This document shows positions 7,390 through 16,900 of a stretch of DNA of 64,000 bases, piece after piece. The stretch covers positions 224,001 through 288,000 of IMG/VR virus record IMGVR_UViG_3300028888_000047, one strand, 5' to 3'. Origin of the DNA: a virus. Taxonomy: Duplodnaviria > Caudoviricetes. The notes beneath the pieces were generated by a model. The model saw only the letters and a program-made list of their open reading frames with translations. It did not search any database and was not told where the DNA came from. The first letter of the stretch is position 1. Every line of letters starts with the position of its first letter. The translations under genes and the position numbers were made by a program.

Positions 7390-7473
7390 TAGCCCTAGTA
7401 GGACTCAAACCTACACTCATATTTCAGAACCTGAGTTTGAATCAGGCGGGTCTATCAATTCCCCCATAGAGCC
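7390..7473 (-). tRNA. tRNA-Leu(CAA)
   Basis: Acceptor GGCTCTA/TAGGGCT; anticodon arm CCTGA-TTCAAAC-TCAGG; long V arm; A73. Confidence 0.88.
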
Positions 7474-7527
7474 ATTTTTGGTAGGGTATGTTACCTATAT
7501 AGTTCCTTACCCCACCATTTTCATTTA

Positions 7528-7559
7528 CAAAGATACAAAAAATAATTGAAAAAAAGAAA
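7528..7559 (-). promoter_or_regulatory. Bacteroidota-type promoter driving the tRNA cluster
   Basis: TTTC-N20-TATCTTTG. Confidence 0.7.
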
Positions 7560-7916
7560 TTAATCGTTAAATAAATCAGAAAATTCACCAAAATTAACAT
7601 TTATAGGCTTAAAATCTTCATCCATTAACATATTTTTATAGTAATCTGAGAAAAGTTTCTGAATATCGTCATCAACATTCACATTTATATCTTCATTTTC
7701 TATATTATCATATGCGTTAATTGATAACACTTTCAACTTTTTACCCATTTTAATCTCTTCATCTTCTTCGGTAATTACATCACTTTCTTCAAGAGAATAT
7801 GCAACAGTAAATGAATAGTCATCTATTTCGAATTCCAATTCATTTTCCCCTTCCATGAATACCAAGTCTAAATCATCAATATTATTTAATAATGTTGTTT
7901 TTGGAGAATCAATCAT
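7560..7916 (-). CDS. Acidic hypothetical protein
   Basis: ORF in operon. Confidence 0.65.
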   Translation of the reverse strand: MIDSPKTTLLNNIDDLDLVFMEGENELEFEIDDYSFTVAYSLEESDVITEEDEEIKMGKKLKVLSINAYDNIENEDINVNVDDDIQKLFSDYYKNMLMDEDFKPINVNFGEFSDLFND

Positions 7917-7922
7917 ACTTAT

Positions 7923-8060
7923 TTATCTTATTTCTCTTTTAATTATTCTCATACCGTTTACGGTTTTTTGTGGTTTTGACTCCTGTTTAGTAACAGAAGG
8001 ACTTGATTTTACCACACTATTACCTGCATTTGCTCCTTTGTTTTTACATCCACATGCCAT
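7923..8060 (-). CDS. Small basic protein with N-terminal CGC, 45 aa (not in ORF track)
   Basis: MACGCKNKGANAGNSVVKS...IIKREIR*, fills the gap between two genes. Confidence 0.65.
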   Translation of the reverse strand: MACGCKNKGANAGNSVVKSSPSVTKQESKPQKTVNGMRIIKREIR

Positions 8061-8091
8061 GTTATTTAAATATTTTATATATAAAATTATT

Positions 8092-8532
8092 TTACCAATC
8101 TAAATCATCATCATCCTGATAATATTCTAAATCACTATCATCCGGATTAACCAAACTCTTTAATGCATTTGCTACCATACCATTATCTTCAATTTGGGTT
8201 TGATTTCCATTATCATCCAATACAATGCTTGTTATAAATATCTTATAATCTCCCTCCATAGTATCTGGGTCATTTACCTCGAAATCCCTTCTACCTCTTA
8301 TTAAATATCTTCCATCTTCTATTTCATAATCAATACAAGCAATTACATTACCCTCATCATCAAGAGGAACATCAACATAGTTTTCTCCCTTTTCTGATGG
8401 AACTTCTACCGTAGATAAACGCTCAACTATTCTGCTTAATAGCTCGTTATTTTCTATACCTTCTTTTATAATTTTTTTTACGGTTGAAGAAATTAACCCG
8501 TATAAATCCGATTCTAACAATCTCAATACCAT
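8092..8532 (-). CDS. Hypothetical protein with shared N-terminal leader
   Basis: MVLRLLESDLYGLISSTVKKIIKE. Confidence 0.7.
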   Translation of the reverse strand: MVLRLLESDLYGLISSTVKKIIKEGIENNELLSRIVERLSTVEVPSEKGENYVDVPLDDEGNVIACIDYEIEDGRYLIRGRRDFEVNDPDTMEGDYKIFITSIVLDDNGNQTQIEDNGMVANALKSLVNPDDSDLEYYQDDDDLDW

Positions 8533-8625
8533 ACTTATTAAATTTTTGTTTTTTTTAATAAATATAGCGATGTTTTTAAAAAAATAAAGGAGAATTACTT
8601 TAACTCTCCTTTATTATGAAGGTTT

Positions 8626-9306
8626 TTACTTTTTAGTGTTTGTAATTATGGTATCGATGAACCCAGCTTCAACGGCCTCTTTACCTTTATACCATTTATC
8701 ACCGTTTTCGCACAGTTGAATTATTTCTTCTACAGATTTTCCACTGTTCTTTGCAAGCACTTCGTACAAATCATTTCTAATTGATTCCATTTCCCTAAAT
8801 GCAATTTTGCTGTCGGTAAATTTAGTATATCCATTAAAGCTTGATGGCTGATGTATCATGAACCTTGAATATGGTAGGGCATATCTCTTACCTTTCGCAC
8901 CATTTGACGCTATTACTGCCCCCATAGAAGCAGCCATTCCCAAAACAGTTGTTGCGACATCACTTTTAACAAAATCCATTACGGAAACAAGTTGAAGTCC
9001 GCTATAGCAATCGCCTCCAGGCGTCGACAGATACAAATTAATATCTCTTTCATCAGTTGAATCAAGATAAAGCAATTGTGCTGTTATTACATCCATTGAT
9101 TCTGGTGTTACCTCTCCACTAAGGAAAATAATTCTGTCTTGGATTAACCTTGAAAATACATTCATTTCATTTACCCTCATTGAAGAATTTCTTTCTTCTA
9201 TGATTGTTGGATATACGAAATCTTTAACTTTATCATCAAAAACTGATGGAGAAACGTTTGTCTTATCAATTGCAAACTTTCTAAAATCTTCAATAACCTT
9301 ATTCAT
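8626..9306 (-). CDS. clpP: Clp protease proteolytic subunit
   Basis: FSRLIQDRIIFL, GMAASMG (Ser), MIHQPS (His), DKWY (Asp). Confidence 0.95.
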   Translation of the reverse strand: MNKVIEDFRKFAIDKTNVSPSVFDDKVKDFVYPTIIEERNSSMRVNEMNVFSRLIQDRIIFLSGEVTPESMDVITAQLLYLDSTDERDINLYLSTPGGDCYSGLQLVSVMDFVKSDVATTVLGMAASMGAVIASNGAKGKRYALPYSRFMIHQPSSFNGYTKFTDSKIAFREMESIRNDLYEVLAKNSGKSVEEIIQLCENGDKWYKGKEAVEAGFIDTIITNTKK

Positions 9307-9505
9307 ATTCTATTGTATAATTTAATTCTATATTGTTTTGCTTAAGCCATGCATCAACTGCAAGTTTAACAGCAGTTCTTGTCATTTCATTATTTGGATA
9401 GCCTATAAATGTGTCTAAAATTCTTTGTATGCTTTCTTCTTGTTTTTTTGTTAGACGACCATAAAGAAAAGCATAATCATAATGTTCGTAATTAAAACCT
9501 TTCAT
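9299..9505 (-). CDS. Hypothetical protein
   Basis: Overlapping stop/start coupling. Confidence 0.65.
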   Translation of the reverse strand: MKGFNYEHYDYAFLYGRLTKKQEESIQRILDTFIGYPNNEMTRTAVKLAVDAWLKQNNIELNYTIEYE

Positions 9506-9650
9506 CGTTTATATTAATCCAATGTTGTATAATGCCTTTTAAGTTCATATTTTGTTCCATTAGCGCCCTTTTCTTTTGTTTTTTAATTTCGTCTCTCCTT
9601 AGAAGTTCTAACGCCTCATAAAAAACCGTATTTAATTCATTTTCTCCCAT
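9492..9650 (-). CDS. Small protein, family B copy 2, 52 aa (not in ORF track)
   Basis: MGENE...EIKKQKKRALMEQNMNLKGIIQHW; paralogue at 9933. Confidence 0.65.
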   Translation of the reverse strand: MGENELNTVFYEALELLRRDEIKKQKKRALMEQNMNLKGIIQHWININDERF

Positions 9651-9675
9651 AATATTATTGAAAGTCTTCTATTGC

Positions 9676-9909
9676 CTAACCAAAACAATTAAATAAAAAA
9701 TTGTATTTTTTTGTTACCGCTCCATCATAATACTTCCTATTTTCCCTCTCCCTTCCTTTTTTATTTAAATTAAAGCTTTTCTTCAAAGAAAAGGAAAATG
9801 CCACAAAAGATTTTTTAAGAGTGTCAAAATCAACAATAACCTTCCCCGATGGCTGATAATGAAATTCTTCTTTTAACGTTTTTATTATTTTTTCTTCTGT
9901 TAATTCCAT
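9676..9909 (-). CDS. Small protein, family A
   Basis: MELTEEKIIKTL. Confidence 0.6.
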   Translation of the reverse strand: MELTEEKIIKTLKEEFHYQPSGKVIVDFDTLKKSFVAFSFSLKKSFNLNKKGRERENRKYYDGAVTKKYNFLFNCFG

Positions 9910-9932
9910 ACTACTTTAAGCATTTTTTCATA

Positions 9933-10082
9933 TCAATTATGATTATTCATCCAACTATTAACTATACCTGCAGTATTCATATTCCTCTGCATTAATAATT
10001 CTTTTTTCCTCATCTTTATTTCTTTTTCATGTTGTGGAAAAATAGGTATAAAATCCTCCAAATCAATTTCATTATCCCCCAT
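9933..10082 (-). CDS. Small protein, family B copy 1, 49 aa (not in ORF track)
   Basis: MGDNE...EIKMRKKELLMQRNMNTAGIVNSW. Confidence 0.65.
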   Translation of the reverse strand: MGDNEIDLEDFIPIFPQHEKEIKMRKKELLMQRNMNTAGIVNSWMNNHN

Positions 10083-10086
10083 AGCC

Positions 10087-10326
10087 TTATGTTATTTTTA
10101 TTATGTTAACAGTGTTTAAGAAATCATCATTTCTTTTAATTAATTCTCTGGTTAATGCCTCACGTTGCTTATCTGATAAATTTCTCATGTTATTCATTAC
10201 TCCGCATATTTTAATAACTTTAATATATGCATTAACAAAAGTCTTTTCGTCTGTTATGCATTCTAAACGAAATGGTCTTGAGCCTCCTTCAGTAAATTTT
10301 TTTAATATTTTTTCCCTTGTTATCAT
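10087..10326 (-). CDS. Small protein, family A
   Basis: MITREKIL..VNAY..NMR. Confidence 0.65.
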   Translation of the reverse strand: MITREKILKKFTEGGSRPFRLECITDEKTFVNAYIKVIKICGVMNNMRNLSDKQREALTRELIKRNDDFLNTVNIIKIT

Positions 10327-10553
10327 AAATGAGTTGGTGTCATTAAAACATTTTTTACAATTACTTCTGCTGCATTAGTAATCTTGTTTTGCAAATATGT
10401 GGGCGTTTTACGCATATTTTCTCTTGCGCACTTACACTTTTTAAGCGCCATATATGCTTTAACTACCTTTTCATCGTCATTGCTTTTATTGACGAAAGTA
10501 TATTCCTTTATTGTTTTGTTTAAATCATTTATGACTTTATCTATTGTAAGCAT
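10323..10553 (-). CDS. Small protein, family A
   Basis: MLTIDKVI..VKAY..NMR. Confidence 0.65.
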   Translation of the reverse strand: MLTIDKVINDLNKTIKEYTFVNKSNDDEKVVKAYMALKKCKCARENMRKTPTYLQNKITNAAEVIVKNVLMTPTHL

Positions 10554-11334
10554 CTGTGATTCGTTTTAAAGAAATGTTATAATATTCTTCAACCTTTTCA
10601 ATTCCAACAAAATTCCTATTATTAAGAATTGCCATTTTACCAGTAGTTCCACTTCCCATAAATGGGTCAAACACCAAATCATTCTCATTTGACCAAGATA
10701 TTATTTGGTCTTCAGCCAATTTATCAGGAAATACAGCAGGATGCCCCGTTTTCTGCCCTCCAACGGTATACGTAAATACATTTGGATGATATTTAGTTTC
10801 CCTCGTTGCTTTATATGTTGTTTCTTCAGGATTTCTCATTGCTTGATTTTCATCCAATACCCTTCTCCTTTTTCCGCCATAACTTTCTATTTTACCTGCG
10901 TTTTTACAAGGTACTTTTATTGGATTAAATGTCTTCGGTCTACCTTTTGAAAAACAAAACATATATTCAAAGGTCTGCTCATATCTATTATGAGTTAACG
11001 GTATATAATTTGCCTTTTGAAATATCATTGTATCATGCAAATTAAAACCAATTTCCTTGAAATACAACGCTTGCTTAAAAGATGTTCCGCTCTCAGAACC
11101 TTTTATAACTGAATCATTTACAACCCATATAACAACACCTCCATCTGCTGTTATTTCATATAATAAATCAGCACACTGTTTGAATACATCAAAATTCCAT
11201 TCCAACGTTCCATCATACGAACGAGTTGTATCATATGGCGGTGATGTAATTGTTAAATCAACCTTTACTCCATCTTTTATTAGTTCTTGCATTTTTTCCC
11301 TGCAATCGCCTAAATATAAATCATACTTTGCCAT
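10537..11334 (-). CDS. DNA methyltransferase, beta class, probably N4-cytosine
   Basis: TSPPY catalytic motif, HPAVFP, DPFMGSGTTG; likely start MAKYDLYLGDC. Confidence 0.92.
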   Translation of the reverse strand: MAKYDLYLGDCREKMQELIKDGVKVDLTITSPPYDTTRSYDGTLEWNFDVFKQCADLLYEITADGGVVIWVVNDSVIKGSESGTSFKQALYFKEIGFNLHDTMIFQKANYIPLTHNRYEQTFEYMFCFSKGRPKTFNPIKVPCKNAGKIESYGGKRRRVLDENQAMRNPEETTYKATRETKYHPNVFTYTVGGQKTGHPAVFPDKLAEDQIISWSNENDLVFDPFMGSGTTGKMAILNNRNFVGIEKVEEYYNISLKRITDAYNR

Positions 11335-11400
11335 AAATAATTCTAAACCAATATGGGAGTTTATTAAAAAACTCCCATATTCAATCCACACAAATAATAA

Positions 11401-12099
11401 TTAATCTATTGTAGCACTGCTGCTTGTATTAGTTAAATCAATACCGGTATCTGCCTTATATTCCTCATTAAGAGAAGCCATAGACTTTTCAATGCTTGCA
11501 TCCAAAGCCAAACTTGCTGTTGCAATATCTGCTGCACATCTATAAGCAGTAACACCAGTACTAATTACATCATAGTTGTTATAAAACTTCTTCTTGGTGG
11601 TGAAACCTTTAAATTTGAAATTAAGATTGTCCGCATCTTTTGCATCTGATAAATCATTTCCCAAGTAAATGAAGCTCCAATTGTATTTTTCAGTTTGTTC
11701 TTTAATTCTATCCTTAATATCTTTAAGTCTATATTCAGTAGAAGAGTTTTCTCCACCATCTGTAATAACAACAATAAGGTTCTTTGAAGGTCTTTCTTCC
11801 TCGGGCATATCAGCAAGCCACTTGCCAACATCATCAATTGCCGTTCCTAAGCCATCCCACAACTTAGTCATGCCTCCTACTTTATAGTCAATATCCTTTA
11901 CCTCATCAAGTTTCTTACCCAAGTAAATTTGCTTTACGTCGCTTGCAAATTCATAAAGAGATACAATACATTCTCCATCCTTAACTGCTTTCTGTTCCTC
12001 AATGGTTTTCTTGAAACCTCCAACGACATCCTTTTCGCTACCTGCCATTGAACCCGATGAGTCTATGACAAATGCAACATGTATAAGTTTTTCTTTCAT
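11401..12099 (-). CDS. von Willebrand factor A domain protein
   Basis: DSSGSM MIDAS motif, GMT, ITDGGEN. Confidence 0.9.
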   Translation of the reverse strand: MKEKLIHVAFVIDSSGSMAGSEKDVVGGFKKTIEEQKAVKDGECIVSLYEFASDVKQIYLGKKLDEVKDIDYKVGGMTKLWDGLGTAIDDVGKWLADMPEEERPSKNLIVVITDGGENSSTEYRLKDIKDRIKEQTEKYNWSFIYLGNDLSDAKDADNLNFKFKGFTTKKKFYNNYDVISTGVTAYRCAADIATASLALDASIEKSMASLNEEYKADTGIDLTNTSSSATID

Positions 12100-12112
12100 T
12101 TTCTATTTTTAT

Positions 12113-12571
12113 TTATTTATTATTTTTCTTTTCTTTCTTTGCCAAACGTTCCTCTTCCTTTCTTCTTTTTTCCTCATCTTCAATTTGCTCAATAACAATG
12201 TACGATTGTTCAGCTACATCAACATAATTTGGATATTTCCTTCTCATTCTAAAAATTTCCTTTGAAAAATCACTTTCCACAAGAAGTTTATCCTTTTCTG
12301 TATCATATGATATATTTGATATTGCACCTTCCATTAACAGGTGTTTATGTTCGTCTGTTAACCTATCGAAAGCTTCTTCGTAAACTGTTAACACAACATC
12401 TTTCTTCGTTAAGAAATGTGTTGTTGCATTTGCCCTTTGTACCTTAAGAATTGATTTTGCTTTTGTTGTTGAAATGACTTTTAAATCAATTCCCATTTGT
12501 GCCAATGATGTATCTTCAAATTTTTCTTGTGCCAATTCTGCAATATCGGCTGATGTTTCAAATAACTTCAT
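12113..12571 (-). CDS. Phage metallopeptidase-like protein without intact HExxH
   Basis: DVVLTVYEEAFDRLTDEHKHLLMEGAISNISYD pattern. Confidence 0.45.
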   Translation of the reverse strand: MKLFETSADIAELAQEKFEDTSLAQMGIDLKVISTTKAKSILKVQRANATTHFLTKKDVVLTVYEEAFDRLTDEHKHLLMEGAISNISYDTEKDKLLVESDFSKEIFRMRRKYPNYVDVAEQSYIVIEQIEDEEKRRKEEERLAKKEKKNNK

Positions 12572-12627
12572 ACTTATATTATCTATTTATTTTAACTTAA
12601 ATTAACGAATATTTTATATGTTTGTTA

Positions 12628-12659
12628 CAAATATACACAAAAAAATTTAAAAAAAGAAA
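12628..12659 (-). promoter_or_regulatory. Bacteroidota-type promoter
   Basis: TTTC-N20-TATATTTG. Confidence 0.65.
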
Positions 12660-12674
12660 TAAAATCGTTAAAAA

Positions 12675-13361
12675 ATGCCAAAAAGACCACTTAGGAATAT
12701 TTTTCAAATTATTCTGACCAATAATGGTAAAATGCTTAAGACAATATATAATTGCGCATCAGAAACTCTTGTAAACAAGAAATTCAAAGACCTTATTGAA
12801 GAGAATAAGAAGGTCAGATTTCCTGTTAGATACGTCAATATTGGAAAGCTTGTTGACGCTCATTATGAGTTATATATAATAAGGAGAAATGATGATAATA
12901 CGAAAGCAACAAAATTAAAGGATGAAAATGGAAAGATAATAAACTTTGAAACAAATGATGAAAATTGGATAATATATGACCGTGAAAATTATGATAAGGA
13001 AGAATCATTTTGGGTATATGGTTATCATCCGGTATTTCAAAGAAAAAACTTTAATTGGATATTTGATAATCTAATTTCAAATAATAATAACAAATATAAT
13101 TTAAAACAGGTATTGGTATATCAAAATAAATTACTTATATCTTCTACCAATAATCTTGATATGGTTTTATGTAAAAATGAATCTGACTGCATTAGATTAT
13201 ATAATGAATTGGAAATTGAAACAATAAATAAAAAAATAAAACATGTGTTATTCTCAGGTGATGCTTTTCATAGCAAAATAAGAAAAACATGGTTTGAAAA
13301 AATTAAAAAGCTAACAAATTGGTCAAATTTAAAAATCCGGAGAAACTCATTAAGACCGTGA
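12675..13361 (+). CDS. Hypothetical protein
   Basis: 228-aa ORF, no competing ORF. Confidence 0.75.
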   Translation: MPKRPLRNIFQIILTNNGKMLKTIYNCASETLVNKKFKDLIEENKKVRFPVRYVNIGKLVDAHYELYIIRRNDDNTKATKLKDENGKIINFETNDENWIIYDRENYDKEESFWVYGYHPVFQRKNFNWIFDNLISNNNNKYNLKQVLVYQNKLLISSTNNLDMVLCKNESDCIRLYNELEIETINKKIKHVLFSGDAFHSKIRKTWFEKIKKLTNWSNLKIRRNSLRP

Positions 13362-13383
13362 GAAGCAATAAAACCTGAAGATA

Positions 13384-13644
13384 TTATTCTTCAGGTTTTT
13401 CTTCTTCAACTGTAAATATAATATTAAGGTTCTCAAATTTTACAATCACATCATTATCTGATGGCGTGAATTCTTTTCCTTCCGGTTTATTTCTATAATA
13501 AAGGTCTTCATCTATTTTTCTTAGTTCCTCTTTTGAAACCTTTACAACGAGGTCATTTTCCCTATTTAAACCGTTATCATGTAGGAACTTGGATATATAT
13601 TCTCCAAGTTCATATATTTTAATACTATTCAATGTTAATTCCAT
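13384..13644 (-). CDS. Hypothetical protein
   Basis: ORF in operon. Confidence 0.7.
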   Translation of the reverse strand: MELTLNSIKIYELGEYISKFLHDNGLNRENDLVVKVSKEELRKIDEDLYYRNKPEGKEFTPSDNDVIVKFENLNIIFTVEEEKPEE

Positions 13645-13652
13645 ACATCTTA

Positions 13653-14237
13653 TTAGTTTATTCTAAATGTTATTACCCATGCAGATGTATTATCAACAAA
13701 ATCATTAGATAAATCTGTTACGCTTCTCCATATTACTCCTGCTTCTTTCATATTATCAAGATACTTGACAACGTTTTTCATATCATCATCAACAAAATCG
13801 CCATATCCATTCTTTCCTTCATTAATCAAGAAGAAATATTGATATTCACCTCCTATTTTAATTGCAAATACTGTTGTAATTTTCTTTCCAACAGCCTTTA
13901 TTACCTTTGAAACCCTTAATAGTTCCTCGTCGTTTATAAAGTCATTTTTAAAACTGTTGAAATAATACAATTTAAAGCCATAATCATCATATAGTGTGTA
14001 TTCGCTTGACGGCATAAATGCATTTGGTTTACCGTTGCTAAAATACACTCCTTTAATTGAATTGCCGATTTCAATTAAATCTTGTACAGAAGCTGTGGAA
14101 CTTAATAGTCTAATTGCTTCTTCTGCTGTATCTATTCTATTTTTAAATGCTTCTCTTGTATCTTTTAATAATAAATTACCGTGAAATAAAAATCTTTCTA
14201 TAACGTATTTAACTTTTTCAAATAGTGTTGTTTTCAT
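13653..14237 (-). CDS. Hypothetical protein
   Basis: ORF in operon. Confidence 0.7.
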   Translation of the reverse strand: MKTTLFEKVKYVIERFLFHGNLLLKDTREAFKNRIDTAEEAIRLLSSTASVQDLIEIGNSIKGVYFSNGKPNAFMPSSEYTLYDDYGFKLYYFNSFKNDFINDEELLRVSKVIKAVGKKITTVFAIKIGGEYQYFFLINEGKNGYGDFVDDDMKNVVKYLDNMKEAGVIWRSVTDLSNDFVDNTSAWVITFRIN

Positions 14238-14469
14238 TTTTCACAAACATTTTTTTAAATTTATTTTTATAAAATTTCAGTTTATATTTAATAACCTCAT
14301 TAAATGTTAATTTAACTTTCTTTTTTCCTGATAAAACATCTTTAATGTCTTGCCCTGTACTTCCTTTAAGAATTTCAGCCCATCTATTCTTTTCTGATTC
14401 GACAGCTCGTTCTGTCATTAACTTATCGTTTTTTAAGCCTCTAAGCTCTCTATTTAATTCGTAATCCAT
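14218..14469 (-). CDS. Hypothetical protein
   Basis: ORF in operon. Confidence 0.65.
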   Translation of the reverse strand: MDYELNRELRGLKNDKLMTERAVESEKNRWAEILKGSTGQDIKDVLSGKKKVKLTFNEVIKYKLKFYKNKFKKMFVKNENNTI

Positions 14470-14474
14470 ATTAT

Positions 14475-14834
14475 TTAATTATTATTACTACGTTCTAATG
14501 ACTCTTGTAATGTGTGTATTAGCCAATTAACACCACTTCCAATTGCCCCATCCAAGAATATTATAAATGGAAATAACATCTTATCTGATATAGCATAATT
14601 CATTGGCGTTATTGGAAATATCGGAAAAAATAATATATTTATTACACTTATAATCATTCCATTCCACCACGGACAGCATATCATACATGACAGCCCTTCA
14701 TTTAACATTGGATGTGTTTTTTCAAGATATTCATGCATTTTTTTAAATATATGAAATGGTCCATTAGCAAACACAATTGTATTGCTAATCCCATATACTG
14801 CCAATGAAAAAATAAATATTATAATTAGCTCCAT
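14475..14834 (-). CDS. Membrane protein with CxxC (DUF1360-like)
   Basis: Three hydrophobic segments, LSCMICCPWW. Confidence 0.6.
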   Translation of the reverse strand: MELIIIFIFSLAVYGISNTIVFANGPFHIFKKMHEYLEKTHPMLNEGLSCMICCPWWNGMIISVINILFFPIFPITPMNYAISDKMLFPFIIFLDGAIGSGVNWLIHTLQESLERSNNN

Positions 14835-14837
14835 AGT

Positions 14838-15317
14838 TTAATCATCTTTTGCTTCTACTACTTCAACATTATCAAGTACTGATGTTGATTCATTTAATTT
14901 ATTTTCTTCTTCAGTTTTCTTTTTCTTTGTATACTTTCTCTTTGGCTTCTTCTCTTTTTGTTCTTTTTCAATTACAAACACCAATTTTGAAAGTTTTTCA
15001 TATGTTTCCCTTTTAAAAAGTTCCTTAAGTTCATTAACCTTATCATTAAGCAACTGTATCTTAAGTTCAGCATCCTTATTAGCCTCAATCGTTTCTTTTA
15101 TAATGGCAAAAATATCGTCAAGAGACACTTTATTCATATCGCCATAGTAAAAGTATTCGCCAATAGATTTCTCGCTTTTAGCAGGCTTTATATTGCCATC
15201 TACGGAAGGATATACCTGCCATCTTGGTGGGAAATTAACCTTTACAATAAGAGCATTATTGAAATATTCAATTCCTCTAAAGTAATCTCCCAATTTCATT
15301 ATTTCATCTTGCAACAT
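14838..15317 (-). CDS. Hypothetical protein
   Basis: Likely start MLQDEIMKL. Confidence 0.7.
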   Translation of the reverse strand: MLQDEIMKLGDYFRGIEYFNNALIVKVNFPPRWQVYPSVDGNIKPAKSEKSIGEYFYYGDMNKVSLDDIFAIIKETIEANKDAELKIQLLNDKVNELKELFKRETYEKLSKLVFVIEKEQKEKKPKRKYTKKKKTEEENKLNESTSVLDNVEVVEAKDD

Positions 15318-15390
15318 TGTATATATACTTTTATAAAAAATAAAAAAAATGCTTAACAAATAAAGGTTTTGTCAAGCATTTATTTAAAAA

Positions 15391-16062
15391 TTATTTTGTT
15401 AAATCATATGTGATTGAAGCCCCAGCCATTATTCCAAATTGTTTATTGGTTAAATCATATCCTGCTGTAATGCTTGGACCAACTGAAAATCTTTTCCAAA
15501 ATGTTTTTTTATCTTTTTTAAAGACTGTAACATTTGATATATCAGAATTTCCTGTATTTCCGCCAATTGTGATATGGTTTTGTCCGTTTTCTCCTTCTTT
15601 ATTAACAATTGTATATTGTGTATTTGTTTTAATTTTTAAAGAATACCAATTTGGTTCTTCTGGGGAGTTTATTTTAAGGTTATAAGTCATTGTGTCATTT
15701 GGAGATACATTTGTATATTCAAATGTTCTTGGCACTTTAATTGAATCCTTATATATAGTATCTGTTACTTTTTTAATTATAACCTTACCCGTATTATATT
15801 CTTGTTTTGAGTTAAATTGAACTAGGTAGTCTATTTTATCTTTTGAAGCTTCTAAAGAATCATATAGTTGTCTATTTGTTTTCTTTAGTTCTTTAATAGT
15901 TGTTTCATAATAGATTTTATTATATCTATTTAGACTATCTTTATATTCAATTTCTTCAATTTTCTTTCTTGATTCATACATTTTGTAATGTGTGAAACAA
16001 ATTAACCCCAACACAATTAATAGTAGAGATAAAACTAATATTAAACATTTTTTACTTTTCAT
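15391..16062 (-). CDS. Membrane-anchored coiled-coil protein, spanin candidate
   Basis: N-terminal TM, coiled coil, C-terminal amphipathic beta strands (FSVGPSITAGYD..GIMAGASITYDL). Confidence 0.5.
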   Translation of the reverse strand: MKSKKCLILVLSLLLIVLGLICFTHYKMYESRKKIEEIEYKDSLNRYNKIYYETTIKELKKTNRQLYDSLEASKDKIDYLVQFNSKQEYNTGKVIIKKVTDTIYKDSIKVPRTFEYTNVSPNDTMTYNLKINSPEEPNWYSLKIKTNTQYTIVNKEGENGQNHITIGGNTGNSDISNVTVFKKDKKTFWKRFSVGPSITAGYDLTNKQFGIMAGASITYDLTK

Positions 16063-16065
16063 AAG

Positions 16066-16869
16066 CTAATCATTTTTCTTTAATTGTGCGCTCAAATCAA
16101 GAAGCGGGGTTATTATTTTTCCATATTGCTCAATCTTTTCCTTTATTACATTTTCAGCCATTTGAGGCTTACCATGAAATGATATGCATAAGAAACCAAG
16201 TGGCAAACCTCTTGTTGTTAAATACATCATTCCAAGATATTGTCCTCCAATTCTTTCAACATGTTTTGCAAAACCATTGTCTATCTCAGCAAATTCATTA
16301 ACATTACTATAAACATACCTATGTTCAGCAAGATAATGAGGGTATTTATAAAGTGTTAATGGAATATCCTGGAATTGCATTGCAACACTTTCAACATTTT
16401 TTTCCTCATTTGTTTCCTCATATGACATATCTGCATATCTAAAGGGTAATCCACTTGCGTTTCTTTTTCCATTATGTAATTCAAATATAAATGCCCTATC
16501 TGCGTTTAATGAATAACACAGCATTGCAAGTTCTCTTTGAATTTTTGGCGTTACTTTATCTGTTCTAATATCTAAATGTATTTTTTCTTGTTCGTTTTTA
16601 GTACTTTCAATTTTTTGAACAAACATATTTATGAACTCATCATTGTTCACAGCGTTATAAGCAAACCTAAACGATATAATTAAGAACAATGAAACAGCTA
16701 CAAAAACAATCACTTTTATTGCCTTCAAAACAGGTACATCTGATAAAAAATTCAACACCTCTTTAAATGGATTTAAATACTTTACTATTCCCTTACTTTC
16801 ACCTTTTGATGGAGCAGAAACATTTACATTAATAACGTTCTGCTCCACCTGTTTTTTATCTTTTCCCAT
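16066..16869 (-). CDS. Single-TM protein with GAF-like domain, T4 gpT-type holin candidate
   Basis: One TM then LNADRAFIFELHNG...PLGFLCISF. Confidence 0.5.
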   Translation of the reverse strand: MGKDKKQVEQNVINVNVSAPSKGESKGIVKYLNPFKEVLNFLSDVPVLKAIKVIVFVAVSLFLIISFRFAYNAVNNDEFINMFVQKIESTKNEQEKIHLDIRTDKVTPKIQRELAMLCYSLNADRAFIFELHNGKRNASGLPFRYADMSYEETNEEKNVESVAMQFQDIPLTLYKYPHYLAEHRYVYSNVNEFAEIDNGFAKHVERIGGQYLGMMYLTTRGLPLGFLCISFHGKPQMAENVIKEKIEQYGKIITPLLDLSAQLKKND

Positions 16870-16900
16870 TTCGTTTTCAAATACTTTTTATATAAGGTTA

